This document shows positions 51,700-64,000 of a stretch of 64,000 bases of DNA, one piece after another. The stretch comes from Acanthaster planci (Eukaryota). Location of the stretch: assembly GCF_001949145.1 (NCBI RefSeq), contig NW_019091355.1, positions 680,083-744,082 of the forward strand. The letters are read 5' to 3'. The first letter of the stretch is position 1; every line of letters starts with the position of its first letter. The notes beneath the pieces are model-generated. The model was not told the origin of the DNA. It searched no databases and worked only from the letters and a program-made list of their open reading frames with translations. Position numbers and translations under genes: made by a program.

Positions 51700-54600
51700 G
51701 CGCGAACCACGTGGAGTTTTTTTACTTCAAACTTGACTGTGATAGGCTGGAATTTTCTCAAAATTGACTGTGAAAAACGATCGATCAGGAAAATCTGGAT
51801 GCCGTCTTGATATTTCTTGTTTTTTGTGATCGTGTGGTAAAGCACTTTTTTTGTGAATAAAACCATATCTGGGTACAATTTAAATCTTAGTATACAGCAG
51901 ACTTGTTTAATGAAAGATTGTAAATCTGAACTTCCCTGAGGAAGTGCAGTGTTGTGATGACCTTTTGGAGAGAGGTTTTAGGCCTCTTGATTGAAATAGA
52001 TCCGTTCACATTACAGTGTGCTACAAAATGTTTTCCTCGAACTGGCTATTTTCTTCCAACCTAGCAGTCGACATCTTGTAAACTTTATAATGCAATTGGA
52101 GATCCAGCCTTTAATGTTACTCGAAGTAAAATTTTCATATTGTTCTCTGTTGAATTTGCCCAAATCCAAAATATCATTACTCGTGTAATTCTCCCGCAAT
52201 GAACTGTAAAAAGGGCCTGTATACGGTAAGCTGGTTGCGCACTTCTGGTTGCTTTGCTTTTCTTAGACTGCTCCTGACTGTGCAGGTAAAAGATTTTAGA
52301 TAAAAGTATACTGTAATGAAACTTTGTTTGAGAAAAGATACTAAGTTTTGTCAATTACGTCTGTCTTTAATGCGCCGTTAGTGTAAATAAGAAGATTGGC
52401 ACAAACGTAAACCTAAGACGCCATTCTTTATTCCATGTGCCACCTCGCAATGTAAAAGGTATGAGTGCAGAATCACACTGAAAGTTCTGAAAAGCATGAC
52501 AAAAGATAGCGTGAGGGGTCGTGAGTGGACGTAGACGTAACGGATTGAGTGCAGGAAACTGTATGAGGGCGCTGTTTGCATTGTGAGGAAAACCAGGCTG
52601 CAGGGAAAACACACTGATCACGTACATGTCTTGTGTGTGCGCAATCAGACCAAACCGTTTTTACGTTAATAAAGCACCCGAGAGTACGTGCAGCTGAAAT
52701 AATGGTATATTTTGTCTTTATTGTATATAATCAAATTGAGCAAAAAAATCCACACTATGTGAATCAGGAAACTATATGTGCAGAGGATGAAAATTCACTT
52801 GGCCCCAAGCGTATCACGCGAACCATATGCCGCTTCTCCTGGAATTCACCAAGATGTGGCAGACTTTCGGAATTATAAGCTATAAATGTTTAAAGCTATG
52901 CCACCATACCACTCAGACTCTCTGCACATTGGCAAATGATACTGGCGTCAAGTGACACAGTACAAATGACTGTCCATACTTGTATTAAAACCTGCGTATA
53001 ACCAGAAGAGCGTCTGCTCTTAAATTGGCCTCAGGATTGCTGATATTCCAGTAATGAACATTCCACTGGCAGGAAGAGACCCCTACATAAGTTCAAACGG
53101 CAGTAATCACCATTCAATGCACGTAAAGGAATGTTGATGAGCAGTGCGACTGTTTTTAAATCCCAAGCCAATGCTTGTAAAACCAATAATGTTAGTGAAA
53201 TAGCATCACGTGAAATACGCCTGTTTCATTCAACGAGATAATATGAAACGCTGCGTTCATACAGCTTAAGAGATGAGCACGTGAGGTCAGGAGGGCAAAC
53301 GCAGATTTTGGGAAAAAACGGTGAGAACTTTAGCAGCATGGGTTTACTAAACTTTTGATAGAGAAACAGCTGGTGGACGAATGGCGTTATTAGTGAGTAT
53401 ACATGTTCTTAACTTGATGAACATTGGGTTTTAAAATGGAGCACTGGGGTTTACTTGGGGTGTGGCGAGGTTGACTCGCGGTTTGAGGCAGAGTGTGTCT
53501 TGCCGTTCTTGGGTTGATAAGTTGTACTTGACGAGGTGTAGGGTGTGTGGTTCAGTAGAGGCTCCTTAAAGTTGACTTCACTGGACAGGTCAACTTCAGA
53601 CGAGTCGAGTAGGTGAGTTGCGGTTAGTTGAGAAGTTTAAAACTAGAAGGTGCATTCGCGAGAAAGTTTAAGTAATAGATAGCCGTGAAGTGATCTGATG
53701 TGTAAAGTGTTTGAAACAAGTTAACGCGAGAGGTTCAGTGATGTGTGGGTCTAGTAAACAAGCAATGTGGCTTACCTTATGGAATGGGTGCTATAATTTT
53801 TTCTCTATCTTACTGAAACACGTCCATGGTTGTTTCAAATTTTTCAATTCACCTTCTTTAACTGTTCTGCCTTTTCAGTTGCAATGACATAGTTCCCTAC
53901 TTATTGCAGAGTTTGCCAATTATGGAGCAAAACTTTACGTTTTGGGGGGATGGCAGGCTGAAACCTTAGAACTGTGACATAATAGTGGTGAGCATTTCAC
54001 ACGATTATTACTGTGGAGCTCATGTGACATCATTCTATGCGTTCTGGAGCCTTTCGGTCAAGTAATCAGCGCAGGTCTGGTAAAACCCAGGATATGGGTC
54101 TCAACATTTCGTTTATATGTAATCACTTCTGCGTCAAGATGTCACGCAAAGCTGACTGTTTCAGGATTACCACTGGAGGTAATAGTTTAACCATACACCA
54201 ATAACCGACACACTATGAAAGGAATTAAAAGCCAAGAGATTACTTTCACATATGTGTATGTCTTTCCCACTGATTATTAGAATTCTTCCGAGTAGAAACA
54301 GATGTTCCTCTTGTTCAAAGTAAGGCTTAAGAATAGAATTTAAGTATAATGCATTTACCCCGTTTTCCAACCTGGTGTGTACAGTACTATTTTAATGTCA
54401 CTATATTAAGTGCAGTAAACTTTTTAGGTGTATTTTACATATTGGTAGTCCGTGGACTCCAGTTTGGCCATCTGTTGGTGGCAGTGGGCTTTTATCTATT
54501 TGTCTTTTTTTGAATAATTGTGTTTTCTGATGATGTTTGTGTGCTTACAGTGGTAATCAATCATGTATAATCCATCCCTTTTATTTGCTCTCCACTTTTT

Positions 54601-56976
54601 CAATCAATGCACATTTCGAGAACATTTAACAAAAATGACGTTCCGGTAATTTGACATAAAATTCAAATTTACGAATCTATCAGAATGTGACTGAAAATGT
54701 ACTGTAAAAGATCTCCAAAAATTGTGTCAAAGTTACTCATGTTAGTTTACCGCTTAACGGTAATGCCAATTATGTTTGAAGGGGTAATTCAAGCAATGTA
54801 AATTAAATCTCACTCAAAGTGTTGAAATGGATGTTAATGCTACGTCAGATTCATATTGATATCTGTTCCACCATCCCTCCAAAACCTACTTCTATGACAA
54901 CAAGAATTCTTGCTGCCCGGCTTATACTTTGAGAAACACTACCTTATCCAAATTAATAGGCCTACGGCCTTTTGAAAATTTGAAATACGCGTTTTGAGAA
55001 TGTGACCAGCTGGTCCGGAGAGTGCAGTCCTTACTTTTTAAACAGAGGCTTTACGGGAGATTTCCTGTTCACTGTCTCCGTGTCTAAAAGACGCCATATT
55101 TCAAATGATGCGACTTCGACCTTTGTCTCTCATTCAAATGTACTGTATCATTTGTTTTGAGTTTGGAGGTGGACAGGAACTCTCACAATTTATACTAGAG
55201 TCAAAGTCATTTAACATAAATTACACCGACAGAGGATCAAGCAGAAATATTGTGCATGTATGAATTTCCATTAATTTGACTGATGTTTCTATTCTGCTGC
55301 TCAGCTTTGGATGTACAGGAACTGGGACGAAAAAAAAGAAAAACAAACAATACAGCCTTGCCTTTGAAGACGTCCTGGAGTGCGCTTTTTCAATTAAATG
55401 AGCTTTGCAATTGTTTTAGCAGATCGCGTTGTCAGGAAGTAATTTAGCAACATAAATAGAAACACAGAAATACGCAGAATTCTGGCGTCAATCTGGGATA
55501 CATCCACTGGAAGCAAAATGAGCTAAATGACAATAACAAATAGATCGTAATGTGCCTTATTTGTGACTGATTCTTACCTGTTTTTTCTTCCTTATCAGTT
55601 TTTTTCACTAGCCATTTCACTCGGGTGGAAAATGTGCCACATTGGATGCGTTTAGATAATCGTAATGCCGTCAGTCAATCAACTGTCAGAACACGTCAGA
55701 TCGAGCAAGGATAAGCGGACGAATAAGCGTGGTTCTAGGCCAACTCCGTTTTGTAGTACAATCCACAACCCTGGAATTCAATTAACAGTGCAGCCCCTAC
55801 TTCAGTAACTGCGCATAAGGCATGTTGGAGTAATTCCAACTACGCGGAGCGAATAACCGAACATTAGCTCACAATTAAGTGTTACGTAACAATTTTCTAG
55901 CTTTGTTTGAAAAGTGGACCATTCAACCAACAAAACACAATTCTCGCATCAGGTAAAACGCGAAGTCTGTATACCAAATGGAAGACCAGATTGCCGAACT
56001 ACTCGCACAAATTATACGCGGGAAGAACAGACACTCTCAGTGCTCTCGTTCAACATGTAAAACTCAAGCTCATAAAAAGGGCAATAACTGAGAGAAAAAT
56101 CAGCCTCAGCCACATATGCATTTTGCTTGCTGATTCGCTCGAGGTAATCGCAGGAGGTAATCCTGCTTCCTGTACAGTTTGCACACACAATTATACAGTG
56201 GATTCTTAATACATTATGTCTTCCCACTAGTCCATGGAACTTACCTTACAAACAACTTCTCCAAGCCCTGGTATAAACTTTACAACTGTAATGCCGATCG
56301 TGCGGAGGGGTCGCTCATCTCTCTTGCAAACATTTTTGAGAAATCCAGGCGAATATTGACGTTCATTATGCACTGGCCCTTTCCATGATGAAGATACAGT
56401 AAAACCTCCTCTTAAACCACAGATTTCAGGAAGTTTGTCCTCTAGTGTGTTAATTTGTAAAAGCCATATAGACACATTGATTAGCCTAAGGCAAACTGAA
56501 TTCCTCTCTGGATTAAGTTAACCCAGGTCAGCAAACTCACATCGACTTCATTGCATTGTAATTACCTTTGAGAATACTGCTAAGACCAAAAGGTCAAAGT
56601 GACAGCGCCCTCCAGTGTGATATGCTATGTTGCATCACATTTTATTTCCCAAATTTACATTGGGTACTCTTTAAGTAAGCTGTGGAGATGTTTGTCTTAA
56701 GAATATAGGTATTCTGCATAGTATGTATGGTAAGGGCAAGTAAGTAGGTTACTACAAAGGGGTGCATTTACATGGGTTATCAGTGATGCGTGCGCGTCAA
56801 TGGTGATAAAAAAAACCGAGGCACACATGTCTGACGCATGTGCAGTACAAGCGCGCTCATTCAGCATTATGACGTTTTGTTTGGAAACGAGAGTAACACA
56901 GTGAAGTATTATAGGTAGGATGCACAAGGCGAATAAACACATGCTTAATGAAGGCGGAGAAAGCAAACTGTCATAG

Positions 56977-57767
56977 ATGGCATTTAAAACTAAATATAAA
57001 GAGAAACGGCGGATGATATCAGGTAAGCCTTTTATGCGTATAGGCCTAATCCGTAGAACTAATTTGCTTATTTCCTATACCATCAGAGAAATATTCTTTC
57101 AAGGTGATTGAGTGACACTGAGGTTGGCACGGTAGCCCAAGTGAGAGCGTAAAAGTGTTCTGCGTAACAGTTTTCCTCGAATGGTCTTCCGCGGAACATT
57201 AAAAATCGAATTGGATGTCAAGGGCTAGCCTACGTTTTTGACACGGAACCGCTTACAGAAAAAAATGTTTTGGACGCTAAGTTAGCTACATAATCTATGA
57301 CGGAAGTAATGAAACTGCAGTGGTGTTTTTCCTCAACACGTTTTCGAACGCCCACTTCAGGCACGATGCTACACTATAGAAAGAGCAGTGACCAGGACGT
57401 CACAGAGTCCGCCATCTCGGATCGAAATCCCGCCCTTTTCCCGCGAGATTACTTGAAGCCTCTGCTGCCGCAGGATTTCCCCCTGGCCGTGCGTCGATCC
57501 CAGGTCCTGTGGGACGCGCAGAACGAGCTGCTCCAGCGCGCCACGGAGGCTACAAGGCGGATGGAGGTGGCCAAAGCGAAGTTCTACGCATGGCCCGATA
57601 CAGACGGTGACCGTAAACGGACGGCTGGACCTTGCCAACTGCTCAGGAACTACCGTAACTGGGAGAAGGTGACTGATGAGGGCGCGCTTTTCTCTCAAAG
57701 GGAAACAACCCACTACAGGACTCGCAGAGTTCATTTCAATAAAGAAATCAAAATTATCAGAATTTAG
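56977..57767 (+). CDS. Uncharacterised ~150-aa protein, two exons, C-terminal RVxF-type motif
   Basis: Exon 1 is 56977-57022 (MAFKTKYKEKRRMISG; in-frame TAG just upstream; CAG|GTAAGC donor). Exon 2 is 57361-57767 (pyrimidine-rich CACTTCAG acceptor). The join is in frame, and exon 2 is GC-rich in third positions like the other real exons here. No family recognised. Confidence 0.6.
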
Positions 57768-59760
57768 GTTTGAGAATATGGACATCGCACTCCTTACTCG
57801 AATTCAATTGCACGACTTCATTCTTACAGTACAGCTAAAGCAATCAAGGTATTATATTTTTCCACAGGTATGTTGTGCGTTAACCATTGGGGGATACTTG
57901 CAGAAATTTGAGAGCTAGAGTGGGCTAAAAGGCATTACTTATGGATACTGGTAACATATCCTGGCTAAGTGCAACTTTGACTTTTAACAGGACTCCGTCT
58001 AAAGTTACGCCTAGATTAACTTGTCATGTAACTTGTCACTGCCCTTTCTTAAAAGCGTTGAAAAAACCCACTTCCTCACAAGAACAAAAGAGACAAAACT
58101 CAGTTTTGTTTAACAGCTCATTTCATTAATTTAATTAACTACACAGGTTGATATAAATATTTTGTGTATTTTGTATTTATACAGCGAAGTTACACTATAT
58201 ACATAACCACGGTTATTTGGTCAATCAGAAGTTAGCTGGAGAGCGAGGCGGTGAAGTTACATTCATCATAAAAAGATTTTTACACTTAAATGGAAAAAAT
58301 GCAAACAGCATTTAAAAATCTTTGAGAATTAAAGACAGGGTATACAATCGATTTTTTAACTTTCAATCAGTATCTGTGAATGAGTTACTGGGAGCCTGAA
58401 TACCAAAAATGGGTTGTTACTGAAATTTTAAATAAGAGACCACACGCATTGAAGATAGCTTTTTGTAAATCCTGATATTATATCAAAATATTGACAATAT
58501 ATACCGGTGAAGGCACTGAACAGAAAAAAAGAAATCTGAATGTAGTTGTTATCTGGAGAACAACCTCGAAACAAACCAACTTAGGTACTCATACTCCATA
58601 GACATTCAAAGCATTGTCAGAATTCAAGGTACACTAAAGGTTCCGATAAATGTTTCTGTACGTGGGCGTGATTTGTCAAACAATTTTGCCCATGTGAAAA
58701 GCAACACCAAGTGCGCGCGGTCTAAGTAATGGAAGGCATGCTTTGAAAGGATCGCTGGACCTAACGTTGCTTGTTTCCAGTCTCAAGTTATTTCATACAT
58801 AAATAATCTGAAGTCTTTGGCCTTTAAATAGCAGTCTGCCGTTCTGCCTCCTTCCTAACATTGCCATCTCTTTGGTTACTCTGTAAAAGTTTTTCTGGCA
58901 GTTATGCTATCTTGTTTCAGGGATATTTCACTGTGGATTCCGTTAATTAAATTCAATTCAGTAGACATGACATTTACAACGTCCCCGCTGAAGTGCCAAG
59001 GCTGAGGCAGTAAATGTAAAAGGTAAGATAGTCAGGTTGTGCATAAATGGCCAACTTACAAAGCTCCACGAAAAGTGAAGCTGTGTAATTTTATTTGGTG
59101 CAACAGCAAAAACATGAGAGCAAGAAATTAGCATATTAAGAATGTTAACAACTTTGACCCAATGAGCTAGTCTTATTTTTGAAGTTGCACCTGACACTCA
59201 TTGCACTACATGATTCAGGAAAGGTTTGGTGTGGCAATTCAAAGTCATCACCTAAAGTGAGTATGTGAAGCCGGCTGTAACTAATTTTGCCATTCGCCTG
59301 AAATTTGTACCTTCCAAAATACCCTAACCCTTCAATTCGCATCAAACTGTTGGTATTAAGTAGCACCATGCACTGGAAATAGCGTGCAGATTCGTTGCGT
59401 GATGGGTCACAGCGTGTAGTCGTAGAAAATGTACACTCATGGCCACGTCAACATTTCTTGGCTACGGCTAGAAATACTACGCACCCCCACCGGAAGCCGT
59501 AAACTCCCGGCTACATCAAGTCCCCATATTATGCACGGTTTTGCCGGCCGTTAAATTTGCAATAAAAGTACATTTTACGCAGTCGAAAGGTTTGTCACAA
59601 ATCACAGTATAACTAACTTGATCCAGGAACGCTGAGGACTCCCACACTCCTCGTGAATCCAACCTGTGCACACAAAGAGAAGCCATTTTCAAGGAACTTG
59701 TGTCCAAAAGTGCTTGTGTAGATTGGGTTTGAAAATGGTAAGAACAGTCAAAGCTACAGT

Positions 59761-62585
59761 CTAGAAAATATCATCTGTTGAGTCTACTACGCTGATCCCC
59801 ATTATACTTGTTCGGCACAAGAGGGCGGGCTTGCCATTCGCGATATTGCGATTGACGCCTGTGGTCGAGGTTGCCGCGGCGCTGGAAGCAGTGGGTGTTA
59901 GTGGGATTCTTCTCCCCAGGCCCTTGCCGTCGCTTGAGCTCTTACTCTTGGGAACGAGGCAACGAAACACACGCTTGAAACCAGCTCGGAATCTGGAATC
60001 GAGACAAACGAAGGAAATAAGTATGCATTTTCCCTGAAAATGATAATAGAAACATGTTCAAGTCAGGGGCTACAGCTTTAGAGACAACTGATGACTATCT
60101 TATCAGGGCCGTTTTCCAATGCTCAACTTTGGCTACGTCTGCTGCTTCATCTGTTTTTTTACTTGCTGACTTTGAACCTGTAAGCGCAGTAATCAGTCTA
60201 ATAGTGCCACGAAACATCAAATAAGATGCAGGAAAGCCAAAAAGTACAGCAATCCAATGTAATTTAAACCTTTCAGGCCCACAATTGGGGATTGGTTTTG
60301 AGAACGAAGCCTGAGACGGAGACGAAGTTGAGTATTGGAAAACGGCCCAGTGTTCCTGGAAATAAAACTGATTATGCTGCCGTAAACCCCCTTTGTCGCA
60401 ATCCTGCATTTGTGATTAGATCGGACAATTAGGCGACTATGGAAGGGCTCCTTTGATGCCCCTGTATAACTATCACCTGCATCAATTACGTGGAAATGTT
60501 TTTGTACACAACAAACCTATCATTAAGCCAGCAGTAGATGAATGGATTGTACATGGAACAGCTCATGGCGATCGTCCAAATGGAGAGGTAAATGTGAACA
60601 GCGTAAGGCTTCATGTAGATGTCATCGTGGAGAAAGGCAAGGAACTGGTAGACGTGAAGCGGGAACCAGCACACGGCAAATACAGCTATAACAAGCACAA
60701 TCATCTTCACAACCTGAATAACACACCATAAAATATCACAAATAACAGGTGTAATATCTTTGAGATAACGACGCTGCAATATCTGGAAAATCGTTGTTCC
60801 GTTGAAATGCTCAAACGTATACAATAAATCATGACATACAGCTTTAAGAAATTTCGAAAACGTCTACAGTCATAAAATGCCTCCAATTTATTGACAATTG
60901 AAATTTTAAGTCCTCAGTTCGTTTATATCGTGTCCATTTTCTCAAAGAAAAAGTAGAGTAAACTCAACAGGGTTTGGTGAATTGACGCGGAAAAGCATTG
61001 TCAACTCGTCCGCGTATTGATGCACTTCCCTCCATTTATGGCAAATCATTCATGTACTTTACGAGGCAAAAGGGAATGTCGGCGCGCATTTTATGCTCTT
61101 ATGAGCTCGATATTGCCCTCGATATTACCTCCGATATTGCAGGGCATATTTCCGATTGGAAGCCTCTTCGGCAACTATTTGTCACAGCGCATCCACATCA
61201 AATGCAATTCCAAATGGAAGACCTTCTTGCGATTGTACCGCCCAGAATAAAAAGGGCAAGCAAAGTAGAAATCTCTGTCATCGTGGTTTTATCTCGACAC
61301 ACTGCCGCCAAGCACAGCAGATACACAAACCATGTGGATCGCTTGATTGAATATGCCTGTTTTGACAGACAAATTTGAAATGCTTATAAACAAAGTATGC
61401 AGGTGCCATGGTTACCAACATTACCGTCTCCAACAACACTGGCTAGTTTGATTTCCCTTCTTGGTATTGTTTTAGACTTCAGTGTACATTTGTCAGACGG
61501 GCTTGCAAAAATGAGGAATGTGTTTTTTGCAAGACGGATGTTTTCTTTGGCTTCCATTACGCCCCTGGTCAATCATTGTGTACCATAGAGCCGAGTGCAC
61601 TTAGTCAGCAGGCGTTGGTTGGGCGTCCTGTTTAAACTGTGCCAAAGGGGTGATGCAAAAGCCTTGTCTAAATTCTTCCTAACCACAAAATACGAATTTT
61701 ACCCGCAAGATTTCCCAAAACTTCCAAACCAACTATTAATCGTATAAAGATTGAGCTAGGTACACTGTAGAATATCGTCAATACATTCAACATTGTCGGC
61801 CTATAAATGTTATTCCAGTACTTCTCCTTTTTTTCCTAATAAAAATGCAAACGTCTCTCATTTTATTCACTCTTTCAAGCCTCGTTAGTAGATAAAGGGG
61901 AAAACACTTGACACGAGACTAGAATCACTAGAGACGTAACGTGAGCAGCCTCTTCTGATACGCTGCAGGCCGTTTTCAACATTCTTTCAAGGGAATGCCT
62001 GACTGGTAGTCACTTTGGGTCAGGATCGGGGATAGACCACTTCCGATGAACTACTGAAAATTTATTCGATTTACAAACGAGCTTTGGGAAAATCAGTAGA
62101 GAGCTTTTCACAAGAATTACACGTAACCGTAAGACATGACATGTCCGCTGGTAACCCTGTGTTATTAGGAAACAATGAGCAACAAAGCATCGGACATGGC
62201 ACGTTCACCGATAACTTTTTTGGCCGATAATTGAACTCAGCAAAATTTAGTGAGCTTCGCAACGCAGTCACATCATCGGTCCCGGATGGTACCTTTAAAG
62301 GCCAATGTTGAATAAGGTCAGGTCAAGGAAACATGTCACCCAACTCGATCCTACCCCCTTCCTTGGCAATCCCTCCTTTCTCTCACTCTGCATCTTATCT
62401 CCACGGTCAACAAGTCCTCCCTCCCATCCTTTACCTTCCGCTTTGCCTTGAGCTGTCTGGCGCGGTTGGGTATATACTCGCCCAGTACATCACCATGCCA
62501 CAGCTTGACGCCGATGACCGTGTAACAAGCAGCCAACGTAGCTAATGGCAGACAATACAGCAGCACGAATGTGATGACGTTGTAC
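59761..62585 (-). CDS. Tachykinin receptor-like GPCR (paralog B), 3' part (TM5 to C-terminus); first coding exon lies beyond the window
   Basis: Exons 62585-62435 (151 nt; YNVITFVLLYCLPL...AKRK), 60713-60517 (197 nt; VVKMIVLV...CWFPLH...MYNPFIYCWLNDR) and 59992-59761 (FRAGFKRVFRC...VVDSTDDIF*). Internal exon sizes and intron phases are the same as in paralog A. Confidence 0.88.
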
Positions 62586-64000
62586 CTGTAAAACATAAAT
62601 GATTATCGATCACGCCACTGTTATTTGAAAAAAATAGGCTGCACAACATGTTATAGCACAACAACACCAACGCACATGTAGACATGTTGCCAACGAGGAT
62701 GAACGCTTGTAATAAGTGGTAGGCAGTTCGTTTTGGCGAGCAGAATTGCAACTAGCCCTTACCGCGGTAGCACAACGCTCGTGGTCAAGTGGAACGCGCC
62801 CGTTAAAGGTCTCCTCAACCACTAGATGGCAAAGACTTGTCAAATGCAGGCGCTCGTCAAACTTCAGAACGAGACTACGGCGTCTTCTCTGATTAGTGTT
62901 TATCAAAGACAGTGGCGTAACTACTCTAAATTTCCGGGGGGCACCCGGCAATGCACACATTCTTACCACTGACCATAAATGTATATTAAATTATGAGCGA
63001 TTCACAATACAGTTTACCATCAAAAGCACATACTGAGGTAAAAACTGTTTTTTTCCAAGCACATTCTAAAAAGGTCGACATCTGCGCACAAACCATTTTC
63101 AATTTGAAGAACTCAACCATTATTTTACATGTGCAGTATGTATTGCAGTATGATTAGTCTTGGTTCCAAGACTTTCCAGTAGTTCATTCCGCGACATGAA
63201 GCATCACCAGACGAATTGCTCAAAGTAAAAAAAGAGCTTAAATAATATAATGCTCTCTGTATCCGCCCTGAGTTGAAGTGCACACTCAACGGCGAAAGAA
63301 AGACAGGCTGGTACGAAGTTTTCCAACTGGTTTCTGCACGCGTTCGGCGCACACGCAAAGACAGTTTAAATTCAATGCCCGTACTCAGCGTTCCCAGCGT
63401 TGGTACCATTTATCGCCATCCGGTTGGTAAGTGACTTCGTCACAAAGGCGGACGCGCCACGATTTGCGGGCTCCCATTGGACGATCGCTGAAGTTGCGCG
63501 TTAACGTCCGGTTCCATGGTTCCATGTAAGCGGCGATCGGTGCATGTAACTCTGTGCAGTGCATGTGCAGTGGGCGTGGTTTAAACTGAAGTGACGTCGC
63601 GCTTACGAACCGGATAGGTTCATCACTGAAGCAGTGACGATCTAATTTCACAAGGAATGACGTACTAAAAATCCAGTTGGCCCGTCCTCCACAGTACAGA
63701 GGCGCTATCATTAGTTAACATCACTACTTAAGCCATGCCCACCTTTGTTTCGACACCCTAGCGGTAGCCTGGGCGTTACCTTTAAGTAAGACTGATGCAA
63801 TACAACTTAGTGCAACCGCCATAGTGTACATGTAATTATAATACTGATATTAAGCCGTGTCCGAATTACCCATGCAATGACTGGGAAGAACACGCTAGTC
63901 CACGTAGAACGGATATACCGGCTAACTGACGGCTTCCATAGGCGCATGTGCAGTTTCAGCCACAGCCAGATAAAATTCAGGTATCTTGATACCTGTTGTA

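Noticed and set aside
57369..57785. 138-aa antisense ORF over the orphan gene
   Set aside because: The plus strand has the splice signals and motif, so this is probably its shadow.
18088..59375. Partial matches to conserved miRNAs (miR-31-like ~18088, miR-219-like ~26912, miR-200-like ~47958, miR-29-like ~59361)
   Set aside because: Only seed-length identity, with no full mature match or proper precursor hairpin.
1..64000. CRISPR arrays, rRNA, prokaryotic systems, autonomous transposons
   Set aside because: I saw no repeat-spacer arrays, rRNA motifs, operon-like ORF runs or intact transposase/RT ORFs.

Overview
AT-rich animal genomic DNA with spliced genes and one 610-nt N gap (3588-4197). 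An invertebrate deuterostome, possibly an echinoderm, is my inference from the two-exon nodal gene and the repeat style; it is not proven. Five protein-coding loci can be built from GT-AG exon chains: (1) a germ cell-less/GMCL1 BTB-BACK gene on the minus strand, with 15 visible exons plus at least one in the gap; (2) a two-exon nodal gene head-to-head with it; (3) a complete four-exon tachykinin-receptor-like GPCR; (4) the 3' three exons of a convergent paralog; (5) between those two, an unrecognised two-exon ~150-aa gene ending in a PP1-docking RVxF-type motif. About 30 kb between nodal and the first receptor has no recognisable coding exon. It carries CpG-rich islands, several MITEs, SINE-like pieces and one apparently structured segment. 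Most ORFs in the supplied track look spurious.
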